Shown: positions 61,686 through 64,000 of the stretch, piece by piece
Layout of the letters: each line of letters starts with the position of its first letter
Position numbering within the stretch: position 1 is the first letter of the stretch
NCBI GenBank assembly: GCA_035221665.1
Contig: CM069159.1
Location: 34,472,001-34,536,000, forward strand
From: Okamejei kenojei
Lineage: Eukaryota
Direction of reading: 5' to 3'
DNA: 64,000 nt
Notes under the pieces: model-generated
Database searches by the model: none
Seen by the model: only the letters and a program-made list of their open reading frames with translations
Told to the model about the DNA's origin: nothing
Program-made: the position numbers and the translations under genes

Positions 61686-63324
61686 TAATTTGGCCCAAAA
61701 GATCCCCAAGGTGCGCTCTTGTTAACTTTAGACACTCTTGCTATTGAAAAATTAAAACTGCAGCAGCAAAAACAAGCTCTGGCGATTGTGTTGATGAATA
61801 ATGGTATTCATCTTCCCAGTAGGTTGATTCTGGTTAATTTCTAAACTCACCTGTTATTATTCCCCGTGTCTTTAAAGACAAACATTGTATGGAGACGACA
61901 GCCTTCAGATCCATTTGTAAATAGTGACATTTAGAAATTATTCATGATATCTTCCAAAACAGATCATGCGATTACAATTACAGAAAATATCAAAAAGAAT
62001 GTGATCAGTTTCTATAATACCTTCTGGGGAAACACAGACAGTGAGATCTCCTGGGATTTTTTAAACTACATTGTCTCTCCTCTTTCAGGAATATATTATA
62101 CAAACCATTCAAATAGTCTTTTGTTTTGTACTGCAGTTATAATCTCATGAAATGTTTTGGCTTCTAATCAAATTCTTCATCACATTTACGCTTATTGTTT
62201 CATTTTTCTTTATTAAATTGTCATTTATCAATTTCCTCATTATTTTCTCCTCTGTCCAAATCGACTTGCTGCCTTGTCTCTTTGCATTTTCTGGTCATCC
62301 AGCGTATCCATGCCCTGCTGTTCCCTGGCTACTGCCAGCCGCTGATTCACCTAACCTGTCCACACTGAAAGGGAATTATCTCTCATCTTGCCTCCCCTCT
62401 CCCAGTTCCACACTCCCCAATTTTGTCATGCTGTGGCTGAAGATGTTTCATTATATCATAGGAACAGGCCATTCAGCGCAATTGCCAGCATTGATGTTGC
62501 ATCTAAGCAAATCCTTCTTTTCATTTGAAACTTCGTTGGCAGCCAGAAACATGGCGACTCTTTGCATATTGTTTCAGTGAAGTCTACTGTTATCCTGCCA
62601 TCGTTGCAATTTGTACTTTTGTCTATGATTGTGGTTATCTGTTGTGTGATTTTACTGGATGCAAAACAAAGATTTTCACTGCGCCCAGGTACAATAGGAC
62701 AATAAAGAACAATAACGTATCATCGTCATCATCATCATCTTCATCATGCCTTCCGCTTCTGTAAATGTACACGCCGTGCCATTCAGAACCATTTTTCCTA
62801 CTTTGAACCCATCATGCCTGTTCACTATCAGCATTGGTTCCTGGCAAGAACATGGTAAGGTCTTCCCCAGCAAATAGATGGGACTACACAAGCTTAGACA
62901 AGATGTGGTGCTTTATTTGACCAACTGTGGTTGGAATTGCCCTTGTAACAGTTATGTAAACTGCACACATAATCTTAATCTTAAATGAGTAGTTCATTCC
63001 TCAGTCTTCAGTTTTCCACCAGATTTAATCATAGCCTGTCCATTCCTTTAAATAAAAAATAATAATTCAATGGATGTGGATTTGCAGGCTGAGCAAGCAT
63101 TTAATGGACTATCCATAATTGGCCATGAGAAGGTGGTGGTGAGCTGTCTTCTTGAACCACGGAAGTCCTTGAGGAGCGGGTATACTATGAGGGAGGGAGT
63201 TCCAGGATCGTGACCCAGTGGCGGAGAGTAGGCAGCATTATATTTCCAAGGGTATGTGGCTTGGAGGTCCCATGTTTTCACTGCATTTATCCTAGCTGTT
63301 AGAAGGTATCAGTTCTGTATTATC

Positions 63325-63550
63325 AACACAAAGTGCTGGAATAACTCCGCGGGTCAGGTAGCAACTCTGGAGGAAAAGGAGAGATGCTGCTTCTGGTCGT
63401 AACCTTTCTTCAGACTTCAGGCTCTTCTTCAGAATCTGAAGAAGGGTTCTGACCCGAAACGTCGCCTATCCTTTTTCTCCAGAGATGCTGCCTGACCCGC
63501 TGAGTTATTCCAGCACGTTGGAATAAACTAGCATATGCAGTTCTATGTTT
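63325..63550. mobile_element. Penelope fold-back; intact hammerhead core 63436-63463 (plus)
   Basis: ctgaagaagggt(tctg)acccgaaacgtc. Confidence 0.85.
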
Positions 63551-64000
63551 TTACTAGCAGTTATGTTTTAGTTCTATCTCTGGGTGGATCTGGAGGCATA
63601 GACCATGCATCATAAACAAGCAGTCACCTCTGCCATTGTCAATCCTTGCATCTTGGTAAGTCCGATATTTCCACCAGTTATCACTTACACAGCTACTGGA
63701 CTTACACAACAGCTCTTAGTCATGTTCAGAAATAGAAAGTCATCTGTTATTCCCATTAATAACGTGCTGAATGAACGCGATAAATTGAAATTCCAAGTAC
63801 AATTGTGTTATTTTCTTTCCAACTTTGATTTGAGTGTAAAATGGTCCATCTATCTCTGCTGTCCAGATTTCCTTTGCTGATTCCACCAACATAATTGTAT
63901 AACTAACTTCGCAGCACAGATCTTCTGTACTTGAACTCACACTGCCATTTCAATATTTTATTTATCACAAGCCCCATCTTAATATATTCAGACATTCTGT

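Overview
Repeat-dense (well over half TE-derived) vertebrate genomic DNA. The repeat set points to a cartilaginous fish, probably a skate or ray (inference): HER1-type CR1 LINEs, HE1/V-SINEs, Penelope pLTR palindromes, Rex1/Babar, L1 and PIF/Harbinger MITEs. No host protein-coding gene could be recognised; nearly all ORF-track entries are LINE fragments or their antisense shadows. The most notable signals are catalytic-RNA motifs inside mobile DNA. (1) A ~130-145 nt retroposon (two copies, 6267-6394 and ~37030-37172, minus strand) consists of a minimal CPEB3-like HDV ribozyme fold at its 5' end, a 10-bp 3' stem-loop and a (GAA)n tail. (2) Many Penelope-derived minimal hammerhead cores occur, including 38-nt tandem pairs and short TSD-flanked fold-back insertions whose symmetry axis lies inside the hammerhead. 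There are also local rearrangements: a 145-bp inverted templated insertion, a ~70-80-bp duplication flanking a Rex1 insertion, and a module-permuted MITE copy. Boundaries of degraded repeats are approximate, and family names come from motif recognition, not database searches.
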